In this document: piece by piece, positions 47,135 to 59,699 of the stretch
How positions within the stretch are numbered: position 1 is the stretch's first letter
Layout of the letters: each line of letters starts with the position of its first letter
Assembly: GCF_008831285.2 (NCBI RefSeq)
Contig: NC_045138.2
Span: 1,922,001-1,986,000 of the forward strand
Origin: Nymphaea colorata
Taxonomy: Eukaryota
Length of the DNA stretch: 64,000 nucleotides
Direction: 5' to 3'
The notes under the pieces: generated by a model
Database searches by the model: none
What the model was told of the DNA's origin: nothing
What the model saw: only the letters and a program-made list of their open reading frames with translations
Translations under genes and position numbers: made by a program

Positions 47135-49590
47135 ATAGTACATATAGATTAGGTTTATATTTTTTGTTACTTTGAATAGATTTTGTATATGTTGTCTCTT
47201 GCTAGTTGCAAATTAGCTACTTTCTATATTTTTTTCATTGGAAAAATCAGCATTGTCTTGAGGCATGAATGCTATATCCAAGAGTAAAACCTGTAAACTA
47301 AGCTCTCTCATTATCATTAGTTTGAAATTAATCCTTAGCATGGATATAAGTTGAGACCAAGAAGTGAGGCAGATAGCGCAATTCAAGCACTCGTATATTT
47401 TCATCCAGTAGAAAGATGACAAAGGACACCTCAGTCTCAATAGTGTCATGACATCAGTCAAATTTTTTACTATGGGTAGGGACACTATCTTCTTCATGAC
47501 ATGCAAGTTGGCCTGAAATAAAGAATTTTCCGACGAATTGAAATCAGATGGCCGCTAGATGTTTTGGATGAAAAATATGTAAAAATTATTGCTAAAAACA
47601 TCATGCAACATAAACAATAGCAATAGTTTACATGATAGCAACGGTTTCTAGTTTCAATGAAATGAGATTTTTAAAGGCCTCGTGCGGGCTAGTGCCTACA
47701 CCAGCTACATTGTAGCTTCGCCATTGCCTGTGTTATATAACAAGTTTAAAGCATATTCAAACTCATTTCCCTTATATTCATGACAGGGTGTCACAAAGGC
47801 AACTCATTAAACAAGGGGCATTACATATAAAATTTTAAGGGGCACCAATATGTAAATGAGAAAAATTGCTAAAAAATATCAGTATAAAATAACATATTTT
47901 TTTGCAATCCGTGTGGACAATTGCCCACACATGGCCCACATTTGCCTCAGCACCTAGTTACATAGTTTACATATGTCTAGTTGATAATGAAGAAGAGTAC
48001 TATGTTTCTTGCAAACTAGAGTATAGGGATGTCAACTCATCCAATTGGATTGGATGTAATTTTACTATATCCAATTTATCCGAGATTCACATAATTGAAT
48101 TCAAATAAGAATGGAAAAAAGTCTTACACCGTAACCAAAACTGGCTTATAAATTGGGAAACTAAGTATGAATCCCAATCCAACTTTTCAATATTTGACTT
48201 TTAAATATGAAATCTGAATCCAAGCCCAATCCAACTTTTAAATTCACAAAGAATGGTTTGGATTCCATTTAAATGCTAATTTTGAGTAAATCCATATTCT
48301 GAACCCAAAATACCTGAATCTTATACAAGTTTGACAATGAAAATGATATAAAAATAGTGTTGGTTTTGATTATACATCCAAATTTTAAGAAAAAAAGAGA
48401 TTCCAAGAATTCCAATAGAGTAGGTTCATTGTGTTGAAGAAAGTCCTCATTCAACACATCCCCAGAGAGTCAAAGGTTTTAGACGATTCACTGAAAGCAG
48501 CTAATAGGAAAGGCAATATTGAACGCAAAAATATGAAAACATAGAGGAAATAATGTTTAATTGACAATGAAAGATAAAAAGAAGTGCCAAAGAATCACCA
48601 ATCTGTTCACGCATATGGAAGGCTCGAAAGTATTTGCAGCCTTCCTCCAAATTTTTTCATTTTCTAATTTACAAAAAGATGCAAACTTCATAACATGAGA
48701 TCAGCAGATACATGGACAATGATGAACAAAATGAAGTGAATAGAAACTAATAGAATGGACAAATGATGAACAGGAAGAAATGATGGCAAATATGGTAGAC
48801 ATAAAGGAGAAAAAATTACACGAAATTTCTTGAAACTGGCTTCAATAGAAATAAAGAACATGTTCATGAACTATTTTATTAATTAGTTCAAGTAAAAAGT
48901 TTGCTCATTGAACAATTACGTAACACAGTCTGTTTAATTAACTATTAAATAACATAGATAACTTAATTGAATAAAGCTTGATCAGAGATTTATCAAATCT
49001 TCTACTAACTTATATCCAAAAAGCTATTTCAACGATCAGATATTTAAAATGAGAACCTCCAGCATCGTTCAATCCACAAGGCGGAAAATGTTTTGATGGC
49101 AATTGACTGTTATTAACGAAAAAAGAATTGCAATTATTCATGGGCATTTTGAAAAAACAAAAAAACCGAGCACTTAAATTTGATTGATTTGTTTATTTAT
49201 TCATTAGTTAATATGGTAAAAGATTTTCCAAACAACCTGCAGCTTGTTATGGAACATGAAGCAGGACCTCCCTCTGTCTCTCTCTGATATCTTTCTTTTC
49301 CAAGTTGAACAATCATGTTTACTCAACCAAAAGTAAAATTTTCATTTGAAGAGTTTAGAGTTTAGACACGCATAACTTTCTTTTCATGTCATATTTTCCA
49401 CGTTCAAGAAAGCATCCACTAAAAATTTAGTATTCAATGGACTTCAAGCCCTCAACATCTCTTGAAAATGCAACTAAAATGCTTTACTGGACAGAACTTT
49501 GAATCACAAGAATCCCTCGAATCAAGCACCATGATACACCATACTACCAAGTCAGAACAGAGTTGCAGAAGCTTCAGGAGGCTTGGATCT

Positions 49591-52500
49591 CTAGTAATAG
49601 CTCTTAAAAGGAGCAGAATGCTTGAGGCTATCCAGTAGACCCGCTACTGACCCAACAGCTGCAAGTAAGGAGACAACCAAGGTGACCATGCTCAAAATCT
49701 GCAACCTGTACCACTCGAATGTCCCCATCTTGATCTTCTCTCGAGCTATGTACATTGATACTGGGAACCTCACTGTCAATGGCCAAAAGATGATGGCTCC
49801 AAGCAATCCCATGATTGCATTGAAAAATGGCAGGATCATGGCCACAACTGTCATAAGCATAACAATAAATGTGCGGATGGTCAGCCTCGCCAGCGTAAAC
49901 TGTACGCAAGTTTTAGTACCTGGCAAATTGATCTTGTAAAGCTTGCTCGAGATGCTTGATCTAGGCCAAGTTGATGCTACCCACTTCTCCAACAGAGCAA
50001 AAACTGGTTGACCAAATACCTGCAGGTTCCATTAGCAAATGATGCTGCATTACGAAGCTTAGGTATCTAGGAAATCTTTGAAAATGTGCCTTAAGTTGCG
50101 ACTATTAATGAAAAATGTGCGTAATTTCACATATTTCTGTTTTCCTTTAGAAGACAATGAGTTTCCTTCTTTTAATTCTGTCGGTAGACATAAACTCAAT
50201 TTATTATTTGACTACCTTTCAAATTCTGAACACATGTATTCGGAGTTCCATTCAGGAAAGACGACTATTCTTCAAAAGGTTTCAATTCCTAAATTTTTTT
50301 CACTGTTCCTTGAGAAATACATACAGCTGCTATGGACATGGTAAAAAGGGTGCACATCAATGTTCTGAATATAATAAGAAGTGGACCTAATTTTCTGCGT
50401 ATACAAGAGGAGACCTACTATAAATAACCATCAGTTAAATTATTATAAGGAGTACAGGCTGCCGTGATTAAGTAGCTTTACACTTAAAATCAACATTGCA
50501 AGGGTTAATCCAAGTTAGATAGACAGAGTTGTGTTGCCATAACAAAGCATAAAATTGTGTGTTCTTATCAAGTTTAAAGACTTAAAGGCGGGTGAAATAA
50601 TCTATTATCACTTACTTCGTTGAAAATTTACTTCATAATGCATCAGTGGGATGAAATTTGTGATTTATGTAAGCTGTTTTGAAAGTAAAATGCAAAGAAC
50701 CACTTTTCTTGGCAGCCAGCAGTACTCAGTAGACAATCAAACAGCACAACAAAGTAAAATTTCTGCTCCACAAAGCCATGACAGAACTCAGTTACATCTT
50801 TTATGTATTATGTGTGCAAATAAGATTACTACTTCATTGAGGAATGCTTTAATACTGTCAACATGAGGGAGATAACTGATTTCTAGAAACACTATTCATT
50901 TATTAGATAGCATACCACCATATCAAGGATCAACAAGTTAGTTATTATATTTTGTACTGGAAGTGGGTGAAATCTTTACCTGGTAAGCACCAACAAGATG
51001 GATGACAATGCAGATGTTGCCAATGTCAACTAGCCAGTATGGTTCATAGAAACCGAAGCCAGTAAGAAAGTTTCCTGGGGAAGAATTTCCAAAGGCGGCA
51101 TAGCCTATGCAGCCCAGAGTTACATAAAAAACTGATGTTGCACCTATCCCATAGAGGGTAGCTTTCTTCATGGATTGATTCTCAGGTGGGGGTGATCTCA
51201 GCGTATCCTACATCCAACAAAAAATTTCACTGCGCTGTGCTGTATATTCTCTAGACGTGGTTTGTGAGGATTGAACTCAAACAGAAACAGAACTCTCGTA
51301 CATGCTGTATCAAATCTAAAAGTCCAAGCATATGACTAGTGTTGCTTAAACTTGATGTGCATTTGCCCAATATATACATTACATAAACATGGAGGCAATG
51401 ATGAAACAGATTATAATCATCAATCAGACATGGTGAAGATCCTTCTCTGTTCCTTGGATACCAGTGAAATTTGAATCCAGGGCATCAAGGTGAAAAGTCA
51501 AATTGACAGTCCACCTCTGCATAATAGATAAAAAAATCAACATATTTCTTCTAAGTCTATACATATCCAAAAAAACAAGCCATGCCTCATCCCACTGATA
51601 ATACAAAATCAAAGATAAACGAAGTTCTTGAAACTAAACGGAGCTCACAAACTAGCAGCAAAGTCTTACTGGTATGTGATTGCACTTATTCTGTTGAGGT
51701 GCTTGTTTATGGTTAGATTGTGAGTGTCAGGGTCCTACAAGATTTGGATTTGGATACCAAGAGCGACATAAGAATGCAGCTGAAATTTGTACGGAGTTGA
51801 TTCTAGCGAATTCAATTTTCTATAATTGGCACTACTCCAGTCCGATTTTCCACAATTTCAGACCCCAGTTAATGCTTTTCCTAAAAGGTAATATCTCCTC
51901 AGTAATATATTATAACTCTAATGATTTCTATCCTGTCATTAACAAAAGAGAAAAACCAGCAGGTTGTAAAGCATACCTGTATTTCAACCAGCAGAGGAGC
52001 AAATGTGTATGCAAAAGCAATGTTTCCCAAGGCTTGGAAGGCATTCCATGTCTTTGTTGCTGCAGTAACACCATTGGAGCCAACCCCAACTCCAGTTAAA
52101 GTTCCTTTGAGGTTGCCATCGCCTGCAACTTTCGCAATGCAAAGGCCAAGGCCAATGAGAGAGTATGCAAATGACATGATTGCAGCAATAACTGATAGTA
52201 CTGTGACCTTCTCCAGGTTAGGAAGTTGAGCCAGTATGACCTCAACCAACCCAAAAATTATCATATAGGAGTTTCCAGACATCCGGCAATTTGCTTTGTG
52301 GCCATGTTTATGTAAACAGTTGGATTTCTTCACTGCCCTGTTTGCAACTCAAGAAAACCACGGTATTCATATTAGCTTGTTCCATAATTTCAGTCTGTGT
52401 CTGTGGATGCATTTCCATTGTGATGAAGCTAAGCCGTTAAAATATGTAAGTAAAGCATGACATGTGAAAGCAAATAGCCAGAAATCCTTCATCTGTTGTT

Positions 52501-54588
52501 TCTATGGATGAAACATCAACAGACACACACACACATACACACAGCGTATTTCATTCTTATTTTTATCCAGAATAGTTCCTCCTGCAACAGTAAATATGGC
52601 ATTCAGATCAATTTTTTTATAGTATAATTTTTCAGATAGGTCTTGCCTTTTGATTTATATCCAACTCATCCACGAAACAAGTCTGAAACTACCTTCCTAC
52701 AGAAAATGGCAGTTCCCTGCCAAATGCCTCTAATAGTAGATAATTCAGGGAATGAAGCTGTTGTGATTAAGGAAATGGCAGGATAAATTTGTAAGAAGGG
52801 AGGATGGATGTCAATTTATAAGATACTGTAAAAAGTGAACTAGCACTACTATCTTTTATCAGTTATGTCCTAAAGACGCATTTTGGTGATCTCAGTGGCC
52901 AATTAATGAAATAAAAAACAACTAAAATCGTGACATTTTTCAGTACGAAAATAATTATTACTAGGACCAAGAAACCACATCGCATACATATATATAAATA
53001 TATAGGCGCTACGCTAAAAATGCAGTTGAAGATAAAACACTTTGAGATATGCAACTCGAAGAAATTGGAAGCAAAGAGGGAGGGATGAAATAAATGCTCA
53101 CATCATACTAGTAGCGGTTGTGATAGTGTATCCGATCATGGCCCCCCATAGATTTGCTTGCTGAGCAACTCCACATAGCAGCTTTTGCTTTCCCCCTGCC
53201 AATCCAATGGAAGGAAGACAAACATTTCTCTTCTTTGGTAAAAGAAAGCCTTAATGCCTAGTGAAAAACTGTTCTTTGTTCAGTGAATTTCCATATAAAT
53301 TTGGGGCACATTTACCAGCAAGCAACTGAAAGAGGATTGATGGGCAACGATGCAGGACGTTTTCACCACCCATTAAGTAAAAAACTTGATGAAAATCTTT
53401 GACTTTATTTTTATTTTTCCGTTTCTAAATAATTCCAATAAATGTTAAACAGTATCCAAGCTTTCGGCCAACACCGAACGCTTGATATGTCTTTGAGGAG
53501 GTTCTAAACAAGGAGACAAGAAAAGCATAAAATGGAGGAAATGGGTGGTACCTAGGATTGCACTCACAGCCTCCATGTAATTAGAATTTCTCCGGCCAGT
53601 GGTCTTGTCGGGGCACCTGTAGCAGTCGCATAGGAGGATGGCTGTGTAGTAGGTGACCCAGGCAAAGGCCAGAAGAACGAGAGGGCCGATGACCCAACCC
53701 AGCTGAGCCACACTCCACGGCAGAGCAAGCACCCCTGCCCCTATCACTGCCGTTATTATGTGAGCAGTTGCTGTCCAGACCGTCCCTGTCACATCCCCAC
53801 TCAAATCAAGCTTCAAATACGTACAGAAAGCAAAGAGAGTAACGGAAGAGACATTGTAATAGTTGTGTGTTAAATAAAAAAATACTAGAAGAAACCACAC
53901 AAAGATTGCTCAATAGCGCTTGGACCACCTGGCTTGACAATGAAAACACCATGAAAAGGCGGAAACAGCATTTTCTCCGAAGTTGGTACCAGATTTATGG
54001 TCTTTTATTGTGTTCCTGTTGCCATTTTTCTAACTATTTTCGGCAGTGCTTGTAATGTATTCTTTTAACTTGTTCCTGTTAATAGTGTGTGTTTTTCCCG
54101 TTCCTGCTTGCACGCTCAGGCTCACTTTGGTCTCTTAGTCGGTGCATAAGTTTTGAAACACCACACTTTTCAGCAGGTTGTCTCTAGCAGAAAGATCATC
54201 ATGGTGTCGTTACAGGCGACTTGTTTGTTTAGTGGAAAACCAAACCTTCTCAGTTGAGACCATGGCTGCCAAACACTGAAACAGGAGTTGTCATGAGTGG
54301 GTCTGAATCCTGGAGCAGTCGGGACCAATTCATAATATGTGACCAAGGCCATTTTGGAATGTGAGGATCAGTCCGGGTTCGAGCCACTAGGTCCACTCTG
54401 GGATTCTCCAAGTAACAAGGAGGAGAAATAAGCCTTGAAGAATCTAAACCTCACACAAAAACCAGTACTCTCACTTCATTTTGCCCCCACAGTTGTGAGC
54501 TTATGTTAACGAAGAAGAGATCACACTTACCGGTTCTGGCATGGTCGTCATCTTCATGCACTTCACTTAGACTCTCCACACTGTCCAT
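49591..54588 (-). CDS. AAP: amino acid permease (AAAP/AAP family), copy B, 6 coding exons, 467 aa
   Basis: Exons 54531-54588, 53552-53785, 53102-53195, 51977-52337, 50980-51207 and 49591-50019, totalling 1404 nt in frame. Motifs GTVWTATAHIITAVIGAGVLALPWS and PGNFLTGFGFYEPYWLVDIGN. Confidence 0.95.
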
Positions 54589-54668
54589 GCTCTTTCCCTC
54601 TATATCATCTATCTTCTCTCTCTTTCTCTCTACGACTCCTTACGCACTGAGAATGAAAATGAAGCAGG

Positions 54669-55956
54669 ATTTATAACGATTCTGCTGAAGCCTAAAGAAG
54701 AAAAGGCATGGAAGGCGTGCATGCAGTCTTTGCTGAGAAAAGTTTCACGAGCAGAAGCAAGCTCTCCATTGGGAAGACCTTCCGCCCCCCACGCATTTAA
54801 CACCATTTTGGTAACAACGAAGTGATTTGTCTCTCCCTCTCTTTCTCTGTATTCCGCCTCCCACGCATTCAACCTTATTTATTTGAAAAATATAAATGTT
54901 AAATTTGAGTTGCTCAGGCAGATTGAAGACTAAGTTTTTCGCCGTGTTAATAGTTTAACGAGTTTTACGGAGTTCGTTTAAACGAGGGTCTGGGTTATGT
55001 CTGGACTTGACGTGTCGCAACTGCCTACTTAACAATTACACATTTAAGACAAGTTTCAAACGGCTTCGATGAATTAAACCGAAGTTAACATTTAAAAGTT
55101 AAAAAGAAACAATTCTATAGAGCAGAACTTGAGCTCGATGTTGTAGTTGAGTTTGATTCAATCTCAGTTTCACCTCAAAGGTTTACAAGTTAAACTAACT
55201 TGAACTATTTAGTTCAATCCATAATTGTACTAGGCGGCAAGGTGATTCACCTTGTTTAAGTCATAATTGTACTAGGCAGCAAAGTGATCCACATCTTTTA
55301 AAGATTCGTATTTGAATTTTGAAGAGATCACTGCAGTCTATTTCTGAACCATAAAAAACCTCAAAACATACTAATGGCCTCTCTTAAAAGCAGTGGAAGT
55401 GAAAGGAACCACTCACTTAAAAAAAAGGAACTTAACTCTACTTCTTTGTCACATTGATTAGACAATTGATACAATGCATATTGTTAATGTTGCTTTGAAG
55501 ATCATACTTATAAAAAATAATCAATCAATAATCTACTCTAAAGGGTCTATTTTTTTCCTCACATTTTTTTTATACATAAAGTTAGAAATTAGCTTGTGCC
55601 GTTTTGGATTTCCTTCTCCTACTCAATCTTTAGGACCATTTTTTCAAATTCATCATGAGCATATTCAAGAATTTTTCATCTCTGTCTTGTTAGTGTTGTC
55701 AAATTGATGCCTACCCTTATTAGTTCTTCAACTTGTTAAGAAAAATTCAATTTGATTGCTACATTTCAAGCCGGCCAAAGGCTTCATCTTCTTGCTGTGT
55801 TCCATGCAGATGCTTTGTCTCTCTGCGGCTGCCACGTGTCCTCGTGCATGTCATGGCCTGCCGTTAGCGGCGTGCAGCTTTGCGTGGAAACCGCTGGCGG
55901 TTTAATTACCCGAACTCGGGCGGTGGACACGGCCGGCGTTGAGACTGATACGTGGC
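54669..55956 (-). promoter_or_regulatory. AAP copy B promoter with TATA, RY and ABRE/G-box motifs
   Basis: Minus-strand TATAAAT at ~54669-54675; TGCATGCA at 54718-54725; ACGTGTC at 55010-55016; CATGCA at 55803; GCCACGTGTC at 55831-55840; TGCATG at 55845; TACGTGGC at 55949-55956. Confidence 0.45.
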
Positions 55957-56493
55957 AGAAGCTTGTTTTGATTGGCTCTTATGATGTTAAACTCGATTGA
56001 TAATCTCGCCAAGTATTCAAAAAGATTCAGGAAGAATGAGGAATAGAATAAATTTTAAAATCCAAAAAGATTCTAATTTTTCCTTTTTTTTAACTAAAAT
56101 TTAAAAGGTGAAAAGAAAGAAAAGAAGAAGATTAAAGAGAAACTAATGACTTTGGACCTTATCAATAATAAGGAATTTGATGCGATATGGCCAACTCCGA
56201 GCTGGTTGACTCCTTCACAACTCTCTTTAAAAAATATTTTGTTTTTCTTTTTTGTTCTTGCCTTTTAAAAGGTTATTAAAGGTAATTTGGTCATTTAGCA
56301 CCGTAGCAGAAAACTTGCTTTTATTTCTTTGTGCAGTTTTTTGAGCATTGGGGTGAGAATTGAGAAATGATGAGATGAGAAAAAGTAAGTCCTTTCAGAA
56401 AATAAAAGATAAAAAGTAGAAATTTTGAAAATCTAAAAAATAGTTTTTTTTTTATGGATCAAGTGGTTAAAATGTCCTTCCAATTTTTTAAAA

Positions 56494-56692
56494 AAGCGTT
56501 TGATATACTCGAAATCATGGAATTTTAGAATCAAAATATTTATTTTTTAGGAAATTTAAATTATTAAAGAAGCATTGTATTTTGTTTCTGTAATTAAAAA
56601 AATTTAAAACATCAAATTCTGATTCATTCCAATTTGAAGAGAAAGTGTGATTATAAAATTTTCAAATTAAAATTTCAAACCATCAAACACCT
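56494..56692. mobile_element. Tourist-like MITE, same family as 18303-18504
   Basis: Ends AAGCGTTTGAT...ATCAAACACCT, with an interior similar to the 18.3-kb copy. Confidence 0.55.
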
Positions 56693-56812
56693 TTTTAGTG
56701 CATGCATAAAATTAGGCATTGTGAGGGTAAGTTTTTGGGTAAACCAGGTTTAGTTTGCAAAATTAAGCTTTGGGCCCAGCTCATATATTTTAGGTTGAGT
56801 TGTGTACTAGTC

Positions 56813-57002
56813 AGGATCTGAGTCAGAAATTTTTTTATGAAGAGAGCCGAATTAAAGTTCCTAAATTTTGACTGTGGCTGAAATATAATTTTTTAAAATT
56901 TTTATATAAAACAAGTAAAATTTTTTAAAATTTACATGTAATTTTTTTTTAAAAATTAAAGTAGGACCAAACTCATACGGCCCCTCCTTGGCTATGTCTT
57001 TG
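56813..57002. mobile_element. degenerate MITE, related to 8732-8870 in BURP intron 1
   Basis: Shared layout CAGG...AGAA(A)TTTTT...CAAATT/GAATT...AAATTTTG...TGAAATAT...AAAATTT, ending GGCCCCTCCTTGGCT. Confidence 0.35.
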
Positions 57003-59699
57003 GTAATAGTGGCCAACCTGACCTGATAACACATACATAATCTCTTTCTCTCTCTTTCTATATATATATATATAACTATTTATTTATAAGATTTTCACGT
57101 CATCTTGTGATTTACCGCGACAGGCCGAATATGTCGCAAAAAGTTCTCTATACACAAGCTGGTGTCGATAGCAACAACTTTCCTGTCACCTGACGTGAGC
57201 TTGTGAATGTCACCAAGCTGGAGGGACGTTATGAGTTACAATCTCAAGGTTGTCAATTCCTCTCTTGGTTATAAGATATGATAGTTGAACATGAATTTCC
57301 ATAGAATGCGATACAGTGAGAAGTATTTTCTTTCTCTGTTGGTGTAACTTACGAAGCAAGTGTGCACTAGGCGTGCTTGACTTCTTGTGCTAAAGGATGA
57401 ATCGTTTTTCTTTGCTTTTCCCTTTGCAAACGTCTTCATGTTCCCAACTGAAAAGATGGCTTTTTCTTTAATCTCTGACGCTTTTGCAAACGTCTTCATC
57501 TTCGCCAATGACAAGATGGCTTTCTTGACGATAGTTTCGCGTACCTTTCAAGGAAAAGCAACAACAGTGTGGGCCGTTTTGCATGACACCTGCAAACCGA
57601 AGTCTCAAAACCAATTGTCGTTTTTAACCAGATTTAATTTTCTTTGTCTTTGTTTTGAATTTAAGTAGATGTGCCGCAGTTTGCTTGACAGATTTACTGC
57701 TCTCTACCCAAATCCCGAAGCAGCTCTAAACCCGGAAGGCAAGAGGAAAGAAGGAGATGCTTCGACCTCTTCAAAGCTAATGCCCCGACAACTTAAGCCT
57801 CACAAGCTAAATACCAAAGGTCTAGTGCTCATGGAATGAAATGATAGGGCAATTGAGACTTGATTTGTTGCTTTTTTTTTTTTTTTTGAGTCTTGGCTTG
57901 CAAGTCCCCAGAGGGCTTCATCTAGAACCTAAACCTTTGATTCCAGTCTTTTCACCTTTGGTGGTAATTAGGTTTGTGATGTATGCGTTTTTGTTTTTCA
58001 AGTGTGAAATGTTGAAGCATGTGATTGATTTTCTTCCCCAAAGACATCGCCAGTCTCCATTTCAAACTGTCGTGCATCAACTCGCTATACTAAAGAAAGA
58101 ACTGATAAGCAAGTTGCATCATAGTAGGGGTGTCGTGTTAAAGCACCGAAAGCAAGCCTAGTATCCTAAGGGATATGGAAATGATGGGGGGTCTTGGTTC
58201 TCAGGTGAGTGGTAAGATGAAATGCTTCGCTTACGCACCTAGAAACATTTGAATCCTCTTTCATTGGCGCTCTCTAGGTCTCATTGGTATTTGAAGCACT
58301 TCAATTTTTATACCCCTTTTGATTTTTTATTTCTCTGCCTCATTTGTGCTTGAAATACATTTTATTCACCTGGTTGATGGTGATTTTGCAAAATTCAACG
58401 AATTTCATATGAAGTTATTGGAAAAAGTCCTTTTGTCTAAGCCTGTTGAAGACATGAGGGCTAATCTTGTTACGAGTTTAACTGCTTGTGCTCTACGTCG
58501 TTGAAACGATTATAATTGGCCTGCTGATTCGAATTGGATTGAAGGAAACATGATAACAAAAAATTGGGGTGCTGACGATTGATTAATTTTTCTCTGTGAC
58601 TAATTGCTATCCATGTTCAATTGGTTAAATCTTACAATAAATCATCATTTAATTCGTACTCATATTTTTAAAAATGTTTGTTCCAATGTTATATTTTTAT
58701 TTTAATATTCAATTAAAACTTCTAATTTTGCGTCTTTTAGATAGATAAGAGCTCTGAATCTTTGGCATAAATAAATCACTTCACAGAGTAAATCACAACA
58801 TTGCCCTTTTCTTTGATTTAGAAGGGAGGGGAGACTGGGAAGGGAAGGACTCCCTGTGCTACAAAAGAGGGGCCGTGCCGCATCTGACACTTAAGTTGAA
58901 GTGCCGTGGAACGGCACTCTAAGGTACCAAAAAGAGGTCCTGTACCCTAGGAGGACTTCGGCCGTCAGCCGGATGGTAGACCTCCTCCGCTCACCGGGCA
59001 AGTAGCCTTCACTTGTGCAGGCTGGTGGTGCTCTGTCACACAGGAGGGAGGTTTCAAGCCATGGTCATACACTGTCTGGCTTTAGTGCCTTGGGCCCCTC
59101 AACCAAAAATTTACATTCTCCACCTGAGAGATTAAGAATTCACTGATTTCTTATATTCACCTACCAAACTTTGTTCATTATGGACTATTAACATGAATTC
59201 TGCTCTGCAACTTGTTCTCATCCTTTTGTGTTTTTTTTAAGTAACTGTTTTACTCCCATCCTCATCCGAGTGAATAGATCCTCATCGGCTTATAATGTTT
59301 CCTGTGTCCCTTTTTATTTACCATTTTAATGATTATCTTTAGATTTCCTTCAGACTTCTCTTTGTTGTTCATGTTGATCTGCTGTAGACTACCAATACAG
59401 CAGCATTTGCACGTTTTCTCATTTGGTTGCTATTTGAAAAGCTGATACAAACAGAAAGATAAACAACACATGAAAAATCAAGTTTATAGTAATATCACCT
59501 GATAAATCATGACCACCCCGGAAAGACATGTTCATCGGCTTTGAGCGGGGAAAGAGAGAGATTTTCTGCTCTCAATTGTTCATTTCATCAAGGATCAGCT
59601 ATTGAAGTCAGTATTGTAATTGAGAGACTGTGACGTTAACTTCCGAATTTCACAAAGTCTCGTACTTGAATATACACAAATATTTTCAAATGGTGCTTA

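Noticed and set aside
8607..54588. BURP plus AAP transporters as a biosynthetic gene cluster
   Set aside because: They are separated by HDC1 and more than 20 kb; no protease, glutaminyl cyclase or methyltransferase is nearby; there is no co-expression evidence.
57518..57560. miR396-like hairpin (GGCTTTCTTGA...TCAAGGAAAGC)
   Set aside because: Only ~11 nt resemble miR396, its 5' TCCACA part is missing, and the stem is too short for a pre-miRNA.
57726..57733. CTAAACCC as a telomerase RNA template
   Set aside because: Only an 8-nt match, with no convincing USE plus TATA Pol III promoter at the right spacing.
59124..59498. 3' UTR intron of ADK (minus-strand GT...AG)
   Set aside because: The splice dinucleotides are plausible, but much of the interval is A-rich on the minus strand, unlike U-rich plant introns.
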